From assembly GCA_008636045.1 (NCBI GenBank), contig SNRW01000060.1, positions 1 to 33,201 on the forward strand: a stretch of DNA of 33,201 bases, given 5' to 3'. A program made the translations under genes and the position numbers. The notes under the pieces are model-generated. The model did not search any database. It saw only the letters and a list, made by a program, of their open reading frames with translations, and had not been told where the DNA came from. The stretch comes from Streblomastix strix (taxonomy: Eukaryota). This document shows, one piece after another, positions 1-12,753 of the stretch (position 1 is its first letter; each line of letters opens with the position of its first letter).

Positions 1-1009
1 ATTCGGTCAAGATTGATTCAATGAGTTTACTGTCTTCAGTGTTGTTTGCCAGTTATGCCATTTTCCTGAAAGATAAAATATTGAAATAGTTTGAGAAAAA
101 TAATTTTTATTTTGATTCAACTGTCCAACTGTCCAACTGTCCTGCAACTTTAGGCGTCTTATATTTTTCTGTCTTGTCTTGTCTTATCTGTCTTGTTTTT
201 CATTTAAGGTAATTCAATCGATTTCTCCATGATTCATATTTATGGCATTATGGTTAATGGCAGATCTCAGATCGATTCAGCTTGTGACTCAGGACACTCA
301 GGACACTCAGGACACATGGACATTTCACATCATTTCTCCACAATTCAAATTTATGGCATGAATGGCATTATGGCAGCACTTTTTCACAGGAGTCCACGGA
401 TTTGTCCCGTCCCAAAATCTGTCCCACATTGATATTTATTCAATTCACCCACTCCGCTAGCACATATACACTAACTGGGACAGATCATTTTGTCCCATCA
501 CTCATTTGGCTGCCATATTTCATTTATATAGACAATTCACATCATTTATCCACTTCATTAATCAATTTCATTGTTCTTCATATTTAGCCATATCCAATAG
601 TTCATCCACTCATTTTAAACATTATATTTGTGATCAGCGTATCAACATTGACTAAGACATCAATTCTCAGGTCATTCAAAAAACTTCAATTTTTCTATGA
701 TTTTTCAGTTTATATAATAAAAATAAAATATATTTATGATAGGTCAAAATTCTGATTAAAAACTCAATTTTCCATAATACTTTGATATGCTATCCTAAGA
801 TCATATACTACTCGTAGATTCCAAAAACAACCATTATAATCGATTCTGGAACTGTTCATCATCACTAATTTCATCAAATAATGTGTTTCACTAATCGACT
901 AACTGGTCGGTGCCATTATCTCAATTTCATCAATGAAAACTTAATCGGACATATTCAAATAGCCAATATATGTTAATACGCATCGGTCAAATCATTGATT
1001 TGGGCTATA

Positions 1010-1415
1010 AGTAGTTAATGAAAAAGAGCCATGCCCGAAACATTGCCTAAATCCTATTCGTTTGTGGGGTTCAGCAATCATATCAATTATTTATTTTTAT
1101 TAACGCATATCGTAAATCATATCAATTATTTTTATCATAAATGTGTATCGTAAATCATATCAAATATATATTTTTATTAGCGTGTATCGTAAGTCGTATC
1201 AATTATTTTCAATTAATAATGATATTCATAAATGTTATAGTTTATTATTTTATACGTATTTCTTTATTAATGTCAATTTATTCCTTGATTTTCGGTTCTG
1301 GATAATCTGTTCATTTTTCATATGTCAGCAATTCGTAATATTATTAGATATTTCTGATGTGGGCAAATCACCGTGTTTATCAATGTGAGGGCATGGCTCT
1401 TTTTCATTAACTACT
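1010..1415. mobile_element. Miniature inverted-repeat element with 27-bp perfect TIRs and AGTAGT...ACTACT ends
   Basis: AGTAGTTAATGAAAAAGAGCCATGCCC at 1010-1036 and its exact reverse complement at 1389-1415. Internal tandem repeats, no ORF, no clean TSD. Confidence 0.75.
1076..1210. repeat. ~38-bp imperfect tandem repeat, about 3.5 copies
   Basis: Recurring TATCGTAAATCATATCAATTATTT-like unit inside the 1010-1415 element. Confidence 0.75.
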
Positions 1416-3210
1416 ATTATGAGTGAATTTCTTAAACAATAAATGGGAAAAACATTAAATAGAAATTGAAAAATATAAAAAGAAAAATTGAAAACTCAAA
1501 TTAATTTTACTTCACATAAGATAATTTTGTTGATTTTATTGAGAATCTTATGGATGAATGTAATAAAAGAGATAAAAATAGAAATTTTACAATAAAAACG
1601 CTTGAATAAATTACATCAATACGAAAAAATTTTAAATTTTTCATGAAATTATTATAGAAATAATTAAACAATTAAATTAAACCAAATAATAAAAAATAAA
1701 TTAGTTTTTAATAAATCTGAAAATCTATTTCTGGCAATCATTTTTAGATTTTGTTCTTGAATTTTATAAGGATGCAATTTTTATTAATTCATCGCCTCAT
1801 TCATCGTAAAATATAACATATAAGAATAAATATTAGGTGTATACGTGCATGAAAGTGTATATGCAATTAAAAAATTGAGCTTTTATTCTGAATTGAATTT
1901 ATTTCTTTGTAATGTTTGAGTAAACTCATATTGATAATAATAAAAATGATACCTTTCCTAATGTTCTTCTTCTATAATTTCTTAATATATATCAAAATAT
2001 GAATAGATTTCGATTTTAAGATATATATTCTCTTTTATGATTAAATGAACATTATTTTCCAAACTCATTATTGACGCACATGAATTTTGTCCTACTTTTT
2101 TATCTTTTAGATAATTATAATTTATTTTAATGCATTAATTTATTTACTGATTCTATATTTATTATTGAACAATTTCTCAATTTTTTCCCATCTTTTGGAT
2201 GAAATTCACCCTCGAATTATTCCAATATTTAAGTATGATCATTTGATTTGCTAACATTTGAACTGTTAGATTATGTACCATTTTATTCAAAATCGTTTTC
2301 GGATGTGAAATTTTCAAGCAAATCAGAAAAGAATCACAGATTAAATCTTGAAGTTTACTATTTTGTTCGTCCCGTATAAATTTTAAATTATATTTAATTT
2401 TGATTAAATATTTATTAGAAGACAGACTAATATTCTCCAGGATTAATATATGTTATTTATAACAAAATTTTTAATTTCACCTAGAATGAAGGGAAGTATA
2501 CTCGTCCAATTCAAAATGATACATTATAAATATTGTTAAAGATTTTTATATTGTTAAAGTTCAGGGCATTCATGTGCCAAAAAAAGGAAAAAATTATGCC
2601 AAAAAATCATACCTACTATAAATGAGTAAAAAAATGCAAAAATTTACTTTTTTAACTATAATTTTATATATATTTAATTTTTGATTAAAGGAATTAAAAC
2701 AAAATTTTTGAACTTTCTCATTTTCTGAAATGAGAAAAGGAAAATTGAGTTATCGCTTGCATAGGACAATGAAAAAAAAAGCATATATATATATAAGTTA
2801 GGTTTTACTACAATCAAACTACATATAACATTGGTAATATGCAAATACTATTATATGTAGTTCTCACTCTTCTATCCATTATAATTATTTTCTTCATACT
2901 GAAGGATTTAAAATCATGTTCTAATTTCATTTTAAGATATTCATTAGGAGATTATATAGCAGATCAATGAAGAACGTTAGAAAGCTATTTAAAGGGCCAT
3001 GTAACTTAGTTTTCTTAGGATTGCAGAGGAATTCAGATGAGAAATCTGAATCCGAAACATTAATATGTGACAGATTTCATGGGAATTATTAAAATCTCAT
3101 TTTCATAATAAAGTACTTAAGATATATGAAAATAACAAGTATCTTTCGTATCTAATTTCAACGATTGATTTAATTAAGTATATACAGATTAAGTTTTTGA
3201 GTGTTGTAGA

Positions 3211-3720
3211 GTGAGATTCTTATTCAATATGGATGTGAAGAATCTTAATCATTAAACAAAATGTTGCACTATAAAAGATGTAGGTTCAATGAGATGTGTA
3301 AATGTCCTTAAAGATAATTTTGTTTGACATATTTCATTGGTACTTGTAATTTCTCCGGGAGTTCATTAATCTCCCTCATTTGTCATTCTTGATAACTTAA
3401 TAAAGATGCCTTTATAAATCGAAAATGAATTTACAAGCGAAGAAGTGACAGATGATGTATAATCAACCGGATTTATGACTTAAGATGTCTTTCGAAGATG
3501 GATACGATAGTTTTGTGAATTGGTTTGTGTGTAGAAAACTGCAGGCTATTTCGAAAAGGTAGAGAAAATTATTCTATTTCAAGATGGTCAAAAAAGCAGT
3601 TGAGACGCGACGGTTTCAATATTGTTGAAGAGAGAAGGAATTTCATGCATTATTCTGTTTGACATATTTACTCACTTATAGCAGCTACTATATTCAACAT
3701 TATTTTGACAATTTCGCAAC
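3211..3720 (+). pseudogene. Decayed pogo/Tigger-like (DDE_1) transposase
   Basis: One frame in code 6 gives FLFNMDV...HISLVLVIS...QSTGFMTQDVFRRWIRQF...IILFQDGQKSS*...GISCIILFDIFTHLQQLL. This matches the order of IFNMDE, SGWMT, LLDGHxSH and LPPHTTHxLQPLD. Catalytic residues are degenerate, there are in-frame TGAs, and element boundaries were not found. Confidence 0.7.
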
Positions 3721-4867
3721 GAGTACAATTGACAGTTTACCACATAGAGATCATTTATATTGAAGATAAAATTCAAAAGATTCAAATTCAAATATATACT
3801 TTGATATAGACGAAAAAATGATATATATGCTTCAGATTTTTTCCCAATGCTATTCAGATTTCATCTATTACTACATACTATAGACAAAAAATTTTCGAAA
3901 TATGTGGAATATTTACTCGTGCAAAACACAAAACATTAAGTAAGTAAGAAGTAGTATAAGATAGAAATATACTACTTGAGTCCAATTGAAAGTTTTTCCG
4001 GCGTAAAATCAATATCTGCTCTCATTTTGACTAAAGTTATGAGAAACAGAAATTAATTAAATAATAATATGAAATAAAGTTATGGTAAAGAAATTATAGG
4101 TAATTGATCAAATAGTATGAAATTTAGAAGAATTAATTATTAATAAAGAATTGCATTTAGTTAAATTGAATATCTAAGCTAAATTCCATCAGAAATTGTT
4201 TTTCAAAAAGAACTTTTTCCTGCAAAGTTACTGCATGTAGAATTCATTTGGTTCATCAATTCCAGATCAAATAGAAAAAATGATAAAGAAAAAATTAAAT
4301 CAAAATTACAACCTAATTTATATGCGTTTTAAGAGCAGTTAGAAAATGAAGAAATGACTGATTGTGTTAAAAAGGTCAATTGGATTTGTTTATTTTAAAA
4401 TTTTATATCAATTAATATAAATAATTTATTTAAATATTTTAATATAAATTAAAGATGAAAATTTAAAATTTTATTGATTAATAAACAAAATATAATATTC
4501 ATAACAAATTTAAAATAATCAAAAAGAAAATTGATATTGAGTTAGTTCCAATCGTATAATTGATACGTAATAAGCTGGATAATTGGTGAAGGAAATAAAT
4601 TAATAATTATCCCATATGATTAAAATATAAAAACTTAATATTATATTATTCTCAGAATGTTCGTTAAAAATATATTTATTAAGAAATTATAAAATTTTCA
4701 ATTTTTGTAAAATTTAAGAAATTAAAATTTTAATTAAAAATTATTGAAATTTTTTTAAAAACAAAATTGAAATAAGCTATAAATTTATTTGATTAAATCT
4801 TAAGTAATTACACTAATATTTGTGAATTGTTTAATTTAAATAATTCAATTTCGTGTCTGCAGTTATA

Positions 4868-5658
4868 CAGTGTGTCTCAAAAGTAGTGACTGATAAAAAT
4901 TAATAAATATCTAAATTTTACAATTTCTAATTATAAAATTTTAATTTGAATTATTGAAGTGTAGTGAGTAAATGAATAAAAAAATAAAAATATTGATGAA
5001 TTTAAAATCTTCTAGTTTTTTAATGTGGGGTATTTAAAATTGTATTAAAATTAATTTTAATGTTTGATTTACAGTTTTTAATAAATCATTAAAGATTACA
5101 TTCATCGGATTTTTTTTACAATGTTAAAAATTGTAACAGTTAAAAAAAAATATTTTTTTTATAAAATAATTTTAAATTAAAATTAAATTTAAATTCAGAT
5201 CTAAATGGTTTTTTTAAACGAAAATTAAATTTTTTCTTATTTTTTTCTCGAATATGGACATGGTCTTAGGTAACTCTTTACTATTATATCACGCCGTCTT
5301 CACAATGACAGAATCTTTGTTGTAAAACAATTCAATAAATTCTAAGTACAAGTTCTTCGAACGCTTAGCGCAGCATTTTGAAGCACATGGAAATGTTAAT
5401 GATTCACCACAATGTGGACTAATAGTATCAACACTTACGTCAGAAAACAATGAATGAAATCCTTTTTTCATGAATCAGATAGTAATGAACGATGAGTGCA
5501 TATTTACTCTTGGGGAATATATTGAACACTGGTTTTAATTTATGAGTGTATATATTATATTTTTTATATATAGTTAGTATTCATACTAAACTATTAATTC
5601 GTAACGATAAATAAAATGAATCACTATAAAATTTCGATACTATTTTTTTGTCACATTG
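4868..5658 (+). mobile_element. Internally deleted Tc1/mariner-family element
   Basis: TA|CAGTGTGTCTCAAAAGTAGT at left and imperfect inverse ACTATTTTTTTGTCACATTG|TA at right (TA TSD). Internal peptide RLAQHFEAHGNVNDSPQCG...TSEN (~5362-5455) resembles the Tc1 N-terminal HTH / GRP region. Confidence 0.6.
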
Positions 5659-6581
5659 TAGGTAAAGCAAAAACTAAAATTACCTTTTAAATTGTCTCAT
5701 TATACTAAAATATGATAAATATATATATTAATGAAAATAAAAGAAATATAATTTTATATTTTTTCAATAATTAGATGATCAACCAAATAAGTTACCAAAT
5801 GAAGAAAAAAATGATCAAAGCTAATATTGCTTATCATGGCTCGAAAGCATAATATTGAGTAATTTTATGGTTTTAACATAATATCGCTATTTCGTCAGAT
5901 AGTGATAAATATTAATTTTAAAATAATAATAATGGAAACATAATGCAAATTCAAATTAGTAAATAAATTAATATTTGATATAATAAATGTAATATGAACA
6001 AAATTGAAAAAACGAAATTTATTCAACAAAATTTCTATGATTCATATGATGATTTGCTATTTTTAGAGCCATTTTAGTGAATATTTAACCAAATTATCCA
6101 ATTTTTAATCAAATCAAATCTTTTGTTTCTAACTTGCATAATTATGCAAAAAAGTCGCTTCATGAAATTTTCCCGAGTTTAATTTTTAAGTTAATATCCT
6201 TATTTTTAAACTCCGACTCCTTCTCATTATGCTTCATTCAATTAACATCCACATCCATCATCATATGCACCTATGTAAAAAGATATAGCAGTCTAATTTC
6301 TTCGTAGATAATTCAATTTTCTTACTCTTGTTCCGCTTCTATATGAAAAGCATCAAAATTGTATAATTAATGGCTACTGATCAGTTTCGGCTATTTTCAG
6401 TTTATAACCCCCAGATGAAAAGAACAATATATCAAATCATAAAAATACACATGAGTAAGATGAATGTCAACAGTAGAATGGAGATAAAATATTAGTTTAA
6501 TCAAATTCCAATAATGTGGAAGTTAAAATGATTAAGGATGAGATGATACTAAAATCATCGAATAAGCAGTCAAAACTTTCG

Positions 6582-6587
6582 AACTTC
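6582..6587 (+). repeat. Left target-site duplication AACTTC
   Basis: Same hexamer at 27602-27607. A 6-bp TSD is typical of Polintons. Confidence 0.95.
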
Positions 6588-6811
6588 AGAGATAATATAT
6601 AAAATTTTTTGTAGGTTAAGATTTTTCGTATAAAAATAACACCATTCGTCCACGCCAAATGACTATGAGCATCAACGCATTTTGTTATTTATTATAGTTA
6701 ATTGATATGAATAATGTATAACATTAATGATATAACATTTACGGTAAATGAACATCAACGCATATTGTTATTTGTTATAACCAATTGATATAAATAATGT
6801 ATAAAATTAAT
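6588..6811 (+). repeat. Left terminal inverted repeat
   Basis: Reverse complement of 27379-27601 with about 7 differences by eye. Contains two ~59-bp direct repeats starting at 6670 and 6753. Confidence 0.95.
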
Positions 6812-6869
6812 AGGTAAAAATTAATATTATTATCTATAAAGATTATTTATTTTTTTTATTTCCTAATAA

Positions 6870-9800
6870 ATGTCTAAGTTGACAACACCACTAATTTTTT
6901 AATTAATGGCTATTGTTAGACCAATCAATGAATCAGAGAAATATGGTTCATTATATAATGAATTAGTAACTAAATTAAAGGATTTAAATTATTCATGGAG
7001 TAGAACAAACTTTGATAATGTGCAACAAGTTCTTGAGTAATAATTAGGATAATCATATCAATAACTTATGTAAGAAAATGATGTCAATTAATCAGTTTTC
7101 ATAGATAAATTGTATGATAGATAACATTAACTTTTCATTAATGAATTTGATGTTGTTAGGATATATAATGATAGATTTAATAAAGCAAAATAGAGATTAA
7201 GAATATATGATAATATAGATTAATACAACATTAAACGGTTTGATGTTGATAGAATATATAAAGATAAAATCAATAAACTTAAACGTAATCTCAACCAATA
7301 ATTGAAGCAAAATGAAGATGATATCTCTAACGCAATTTAAACAATTGAGAATTTAAAAAGGGTAAATAGATTATCATAAATTGCATTACAATTATGTGAT
7401 GCTGATAGTGAAGAAGAGGCAATTAAATCAATAAAAATAGAAAGTAAATTCAAAAATAATGAAGCAATTACTAAAACTTTTTATGATGAAATTACTTATA
7501 AACTTCATTACTTTAATAAACTAATTCAGTAAGAGCAACTATCTTAATTTGCAAATAAAGTTTACGATTCATACAAAGGACTTCCGTTTAATGTTCATAT
7601 TGATTTTGAAGTTTTAATATAACAAAAACTTGATAGTAATAATTATGAATATTCTTGTAGAATTCCTTCATTAGATAATGCTTTCAAACTTAAATAATAA
7701 ACAATAACTGACAAGAATTCACTTGAATAATTCAAAATATATATATTTAAGGAGTTAAGAGAATTAATGGAACGATCATATGAAGACACTAGAAATCTGA
7801 TAGTTGGAATATTTAACGTAATATTTGCTACTTATAAATTAATAGATACTGGAACAAGAATGCCATATCTTGATAAACATGTTAAATGGCTCTCAGTTCA
7901 TTATATAGATTCAGATTATAAAATATGTTTCTTTATAGCACTATCTTATAGAATAAGAAGTGAAATTGACAAAAAGGTTGACCATTGCTAAGTAATTTCA
8001 TTTGATAAATAATTATTCGCATACTTCTATAAAATTAAAGGTAACTATTAACTGTTTGAGTACTTATATAATAATGCAGCTAAGAAAGACTAATCACTTA
8101 ATAAATATTTAATTGATTATAAGGGATTCAATATCTCGACAGAAATGACTAAATTTACTGATATGTTCAATCTTGTTGTTAATATATACACTTATCATGA
8201 AGAATTAGAAGGAAAAACAGGTTAATATGGACTATTTAATTCATATGGTTAACTTAATAATGAATCAATGACTTTAGATTTATTACTCATTAGTGATGGA
8301 AGTGATTAACATGTAATGTACGAATCTAATGTCGAAAAGCTAACAGATGTTCTTATATGTCCTTACTGCCATTATTATGTTACAATATTTCAGACACTAA
8401 CAAAAGAGCTAATGAATATTTCAATACTCATGTAGAAAAATGTAAATCATCAACTGATGAGCCATCAATCTTATTACTTGACGTTCCAATGCCAATATGT
8501 CCTGCAATATTAAATCATCCTACAATAGAGTATTTAATGGCTTATGATTTAATGGATCAATTTAAAGCATAGCGTGGATTTATAACGTATGACTTTGAAA
8601 CAGTAAGTGATTAGGTTATGAAAAATATAACTGATCAAACAACATTACTCTCATAACTATCTAAGTTATCAATTGCATCAACAGAAGTATATCCAACTAG
8701 CAACAAATCATATGAATTAATTAAGAGATGTTATACACTATTCGATGAATTATCTGAGAACTATTAAGAGTAATTAGAAAATTATGAATTACCATCCAAT
8801 TCATCATTTGTTCATTTATGGCTTTCATAAACATTTGAATCAGCAGAATAGATATATTAGTGTATGAAGTACGATAATGAAAATATTCCTTTTGACAAAT
8901 GTATTAAAGTATTGGGATGGAATAGTTCAAGATTTGATATTTCTCTGTTATGGGATGCATTAGATTGTGAACTTTGGACTATGGATGTACGTATTGGTTA
9001 TCTCAATAATACTAAATCAATTACAGTAACACACAAGAAGTCACATATGAAATTACAATTCATTGATGCTCAGAATCTATTTGGACAAATGACATTAAAA
9101 GCTTACGTTAAAGATTATGGAGATAAATCTGAACATAAAGATGTATTTCCTTATGAAATTATTAATTCAAAGAATTAGAAGGACGTATTAGTGAAAACAG
9201 AACCATTTTAATATGAAGATTTCAAATCATAGCTCAAAGGAAGTTATTCTATCACTAAAGATGAATATGATTAATATTTAATTGATTTTAAGAGGTTCAC
9301 TAACAGATTAGAATATCTGAAATACTATAATATTAATGATAATGAGATTATGGTTAAGCCATTAATGAATTTAATTGATACATTTGAATAATTCTATATT
9401 GATGTTTTACACTATATTTCAATTGCTTCATGTGCATATGCAACGAAACATTATTCAACATACTTTCCTTCTCAATTCAATCTTGAAAGTGAGAATCATA
9501 TTTAGGATTTATCCCAACAAGCTAAAGCATGTTACTATGAAGATTTTGATATAAACGCTGACTATACCAATCCAAATCCTTAAGCGAAACCTTTTGTACT
9601 AACAGCAGGGTATTGGAAGAATAAATGTTATCATTATAAATAACAGGATTATAAAGCTGGTAGAGAGACGGAGAAAAATGTAACAGCTGATGACTATGCT
9701 TATTATAAAAAGTTATTTGAAACATCAGTATGTTCCATTTGTAGTGCAAAATTTATATACGATAATCCTCCGAGTTTAGATAAATAAGACAATGAACTTC

Positions 9801-11467
9801 CTCATACTAAAGATAACTGTTTGCCTGCATGTATTTCATGTAATATAGCGCATGTAAATAGAAATCCAAATATAGCTTCATTACATATCAGGATGAGATA
9901 GTATGCAATTAAACACAATTTACCTATGATAATAAATGATAAAAGAATATATAAATTACTTTGAGAATGTATTACAGGTGGACTCGCAGCGGTATTTCAT
10001 AGAGAGAATATTGCAGGTAAAACTCACATAAATGAATTAACTTATGATGAATAATAAAACAAAGTGATCTCATAAGATAACGAAAATGTTACTACACATG
10101 TATTTGCTCTTGACGGTAACAGTCTATATCCCAGTTCATATTCATCAGTAAAAAATAAAAATATCCCGTACACTGATCATAGAATGTATATGGTAGGCAG
10201 ATCGAGATTTTATTCAGAAAAACCGTATGTAATCAAAAACTGCATAGATTAGAGAAAGGATATATTTGTAGCAAAAGTCAAAGGTTATTTTCCTAAGTCA
10301 GAATACAATAACTTACTTCCACTTCCCCCAATCTTTAGAAACGTTGAGATAGAAAACAAAGAAGAAGTAAAAGGTGAATATATGTATTCGTAAGCACAAA
10401 AACATTCACTACCAATGAATAAGAAAGATAGAAAACTTACAACATTACTCGACACTAATGGTCAATTTATGATATTCAATAACTATTATTTATGGTTACT
10501 TATTGATCTTTATTTCATCATTACTAACTATAAAGCAATTGCAGTCTTTGAGAAAAATGCAGCATATGAGCCTTTCGTTAGGACGATGATGAACTTAAGA
10601 ATTTAAGCTATATTAGCAGGATAATCTAAAGAGAAATTCTATAAATTAATAATTAACTCATCATATAGCTATGATACTCTAAACACAGAGAAGTTTGGTA
10701 AGATAAAGATGTTAGATAAAGCTGATACTTTCATTGCATAACATCATCCTAATCATATTGGTACCAGACGGATTAGTGCTAATACATTTGCAGTATAAAT
10801 TAAACCTAAAACAGCAACTTGTTTTACATCACTTTAGTCTGGAGTTTTTACCTTAGATAATGCGAAATATTGGAAACTCAATTTTATATATAATTTCATG
10901 CATAAATGTCTAGACCGTAAACGATTTCATTTTGTTCTTGCAGATACTGATTCAATTTATATAGCTATAGCAGGTGATCCAGTTAAAGACTGTCATTAAA
11001 AATTTGAAGCTAATATAACAGATAAACAGTTCTATGACCAACATGTATACTAGTATCTACTTGATCCTAATAAAAACATCTATGACTACAAAAAGATACT
11101 TGGATTTGGTATTGAAAATGAAGGATATGAACTTACATCATTAAGACCTAAGTGTTATTCAATGATTAAACACAAATGGAGTAAAGAGAGATAATAATAT
11201 GAATTTAAACCAAAAATAACATCTAAAAGAATTTGTAAGTCATAGTAGATATCTCATAATGATTACGTTAATGTAATTAATAAAGATATAGTGAAAAAAG
11301 GTATTAATGGAACATTAAAAATGCACGATAATATTATGAGTAGTATTCAAATAGAAAAATATGCACTAACTTGGATCAATAATAAATCAATAGTACTTAG
11401 GAATTAATGTTGTTGTCCTTATATTAAAAGATTAACAGCAAAGGATTATATTATCAAAGATTAATGA
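6870..11467 (+). pseudogene. polB: Protein-primed family B DNA polymerase (pPolB), disrupted
   Basis: Code 6: Exo I TYDFET (8591), Exo II GWNSSRFD, Exo III YNIND, motif A DGNSLYP (10112), motif B KLIINSSYSY, motif C ADTDS (10943). Frameshift at ~8385 and in-frame TGA at 9962-9964. Confidence 0.93.
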
Positions 11468-11495
11468 ATTATTATTATTTTTATTTTAATCTAAA

Positions 11496-11921
11496 ATGCA
11501 AACCATATAATAATATCTAACTCAAATTGATATTAACAATAAAAAGATTGACGAACTAAAGAAAACATAATCGAAACTATAATAACTTCATAATTAAATG
11601 AATTAATGCAAATAGAAAACGAATTCAAAACCAAATCATATTAGTAATCAAATAGATGATATCAACTACGTTAATGTCATAAGTCCCTTCGGTGACATCA
11701 AAGATGCCGACAACTTTCGAAAACCCAGTTTCGCTGACACTGCTAGCTCTTTCATTGATATGAGAAGAATACTTAAAAATAGTACATAAAATGAAATACA
11801 TTGGATTAATTGTAATAATACTAGCTATAACAGATTACATAACGCATTAATGGAATATGATGAAATTAGATATAATTATTAGAAATAATTAGAAGATCTA
11901 CTTGACAATAAAAATGGTTGA
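11496..11921 (+). CDS. Hypothetical viral protein, 141 aa, coiled-coil-like
   Basis: Open ATG-TGA in code 6, preceded by the T-rich/AAAATG context shared by the viral genes. Confidence 0.7.
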
Positions 11922-11945
11922 TTCGTTTTATTTTTCTAAATCAAA

Positions 11946-12089
11946 ATGACTCTCTTTGAACCACTTACTGCTAATATAACTATAGCAATTGAAGCTCTTG
12001 AATCACTACACATTGATTGGCATGCTATTTGGAAAGCAATCTATGAGGCTGGAATCAAATTCGCTTGTGAATCAAAATTATGCAAATGA
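11946..12089 (+). CDS. Small hypothetical viral protein, 47 aa
   Basis: MTLFEPLTANITIAIEALESLHIDWHAIWKAIYEAGIKFACESKLCK*. Fills the gap between genes with the same start context. Confidence 0.6.
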   Translation: MTLFEPLTANITIAIEALESLHIDWHAIWKAIYEAGIKFACESKLCK

Positions 12090-12127
12090 ATAAAAAAGTA
12101 AGATATCTATTATTTTTTTTGATGAAA

Positions 12128-12721
12128 ATGTCGGAATCAGAAACAGAAACAGAATTCGTCACTCTTAAATCTAATAGTAAATTTGAAATCTCACTACATG
12201 AGCAATGGATTATTTGAAAAAAAGAAGATGGATTTATTCCTAAATTCGGTAAGAATTAGTGTGGTTATTTGCGTGGAAATGTTGGTGGGTAAATGTGTGA
12301 TCTTCATAAAATTATTACAGAACAATTCATTGAAAATGATGATCCGATTAATAAGACATAAGTTGATCATAAGGATTAAAATAAGTTAAATAACAGTTTA
12401 AGTAATTTAAGGTATGTATCAGCAAGTGATAATTGTAAAAATAAAACGAAACATAATAAAGATATAATTTATGAATATGTTGATGAATTACCTGATGACA
12501 CTATTACTATTAATGGTTATGGATTACATACGTTTTAATTTTATTACTTTAGTGAAGAAACAGATAAATTTTATTACTATAACGGCTTAAAATATAGGGT
12601 ATTACATATCAATGAGAAAAAACGAAATGGATCATTATTTGTTTACGCTTATGATTCAAATAATGATAAAATAAAAATATACATTAATAAATTCAAAAAA
12701 CAGTATAATATAATTAATTGA
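12128..12721 (+). pseudogene. HNH endonuclease (HNH_3-like) with a premature TGA
   Basis: LHKIITEQFIEN...VDHKDQNKLNNSLSNLRYVSASDN. In-frame TGA at 12215-12217. Confidence 0.85.
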
Positions 12722-12753
12722 ATCGTTATTTTTGCTTACTTACTATAAATTAA

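Noticed and set aside
2714..2740. Hairpin TTTCTCATTT-TCTG-AAATGAGAAA as a terminator
   Set aside because: Isolated AT-rich palindrome in eukaryotic DNA with no supporting context.
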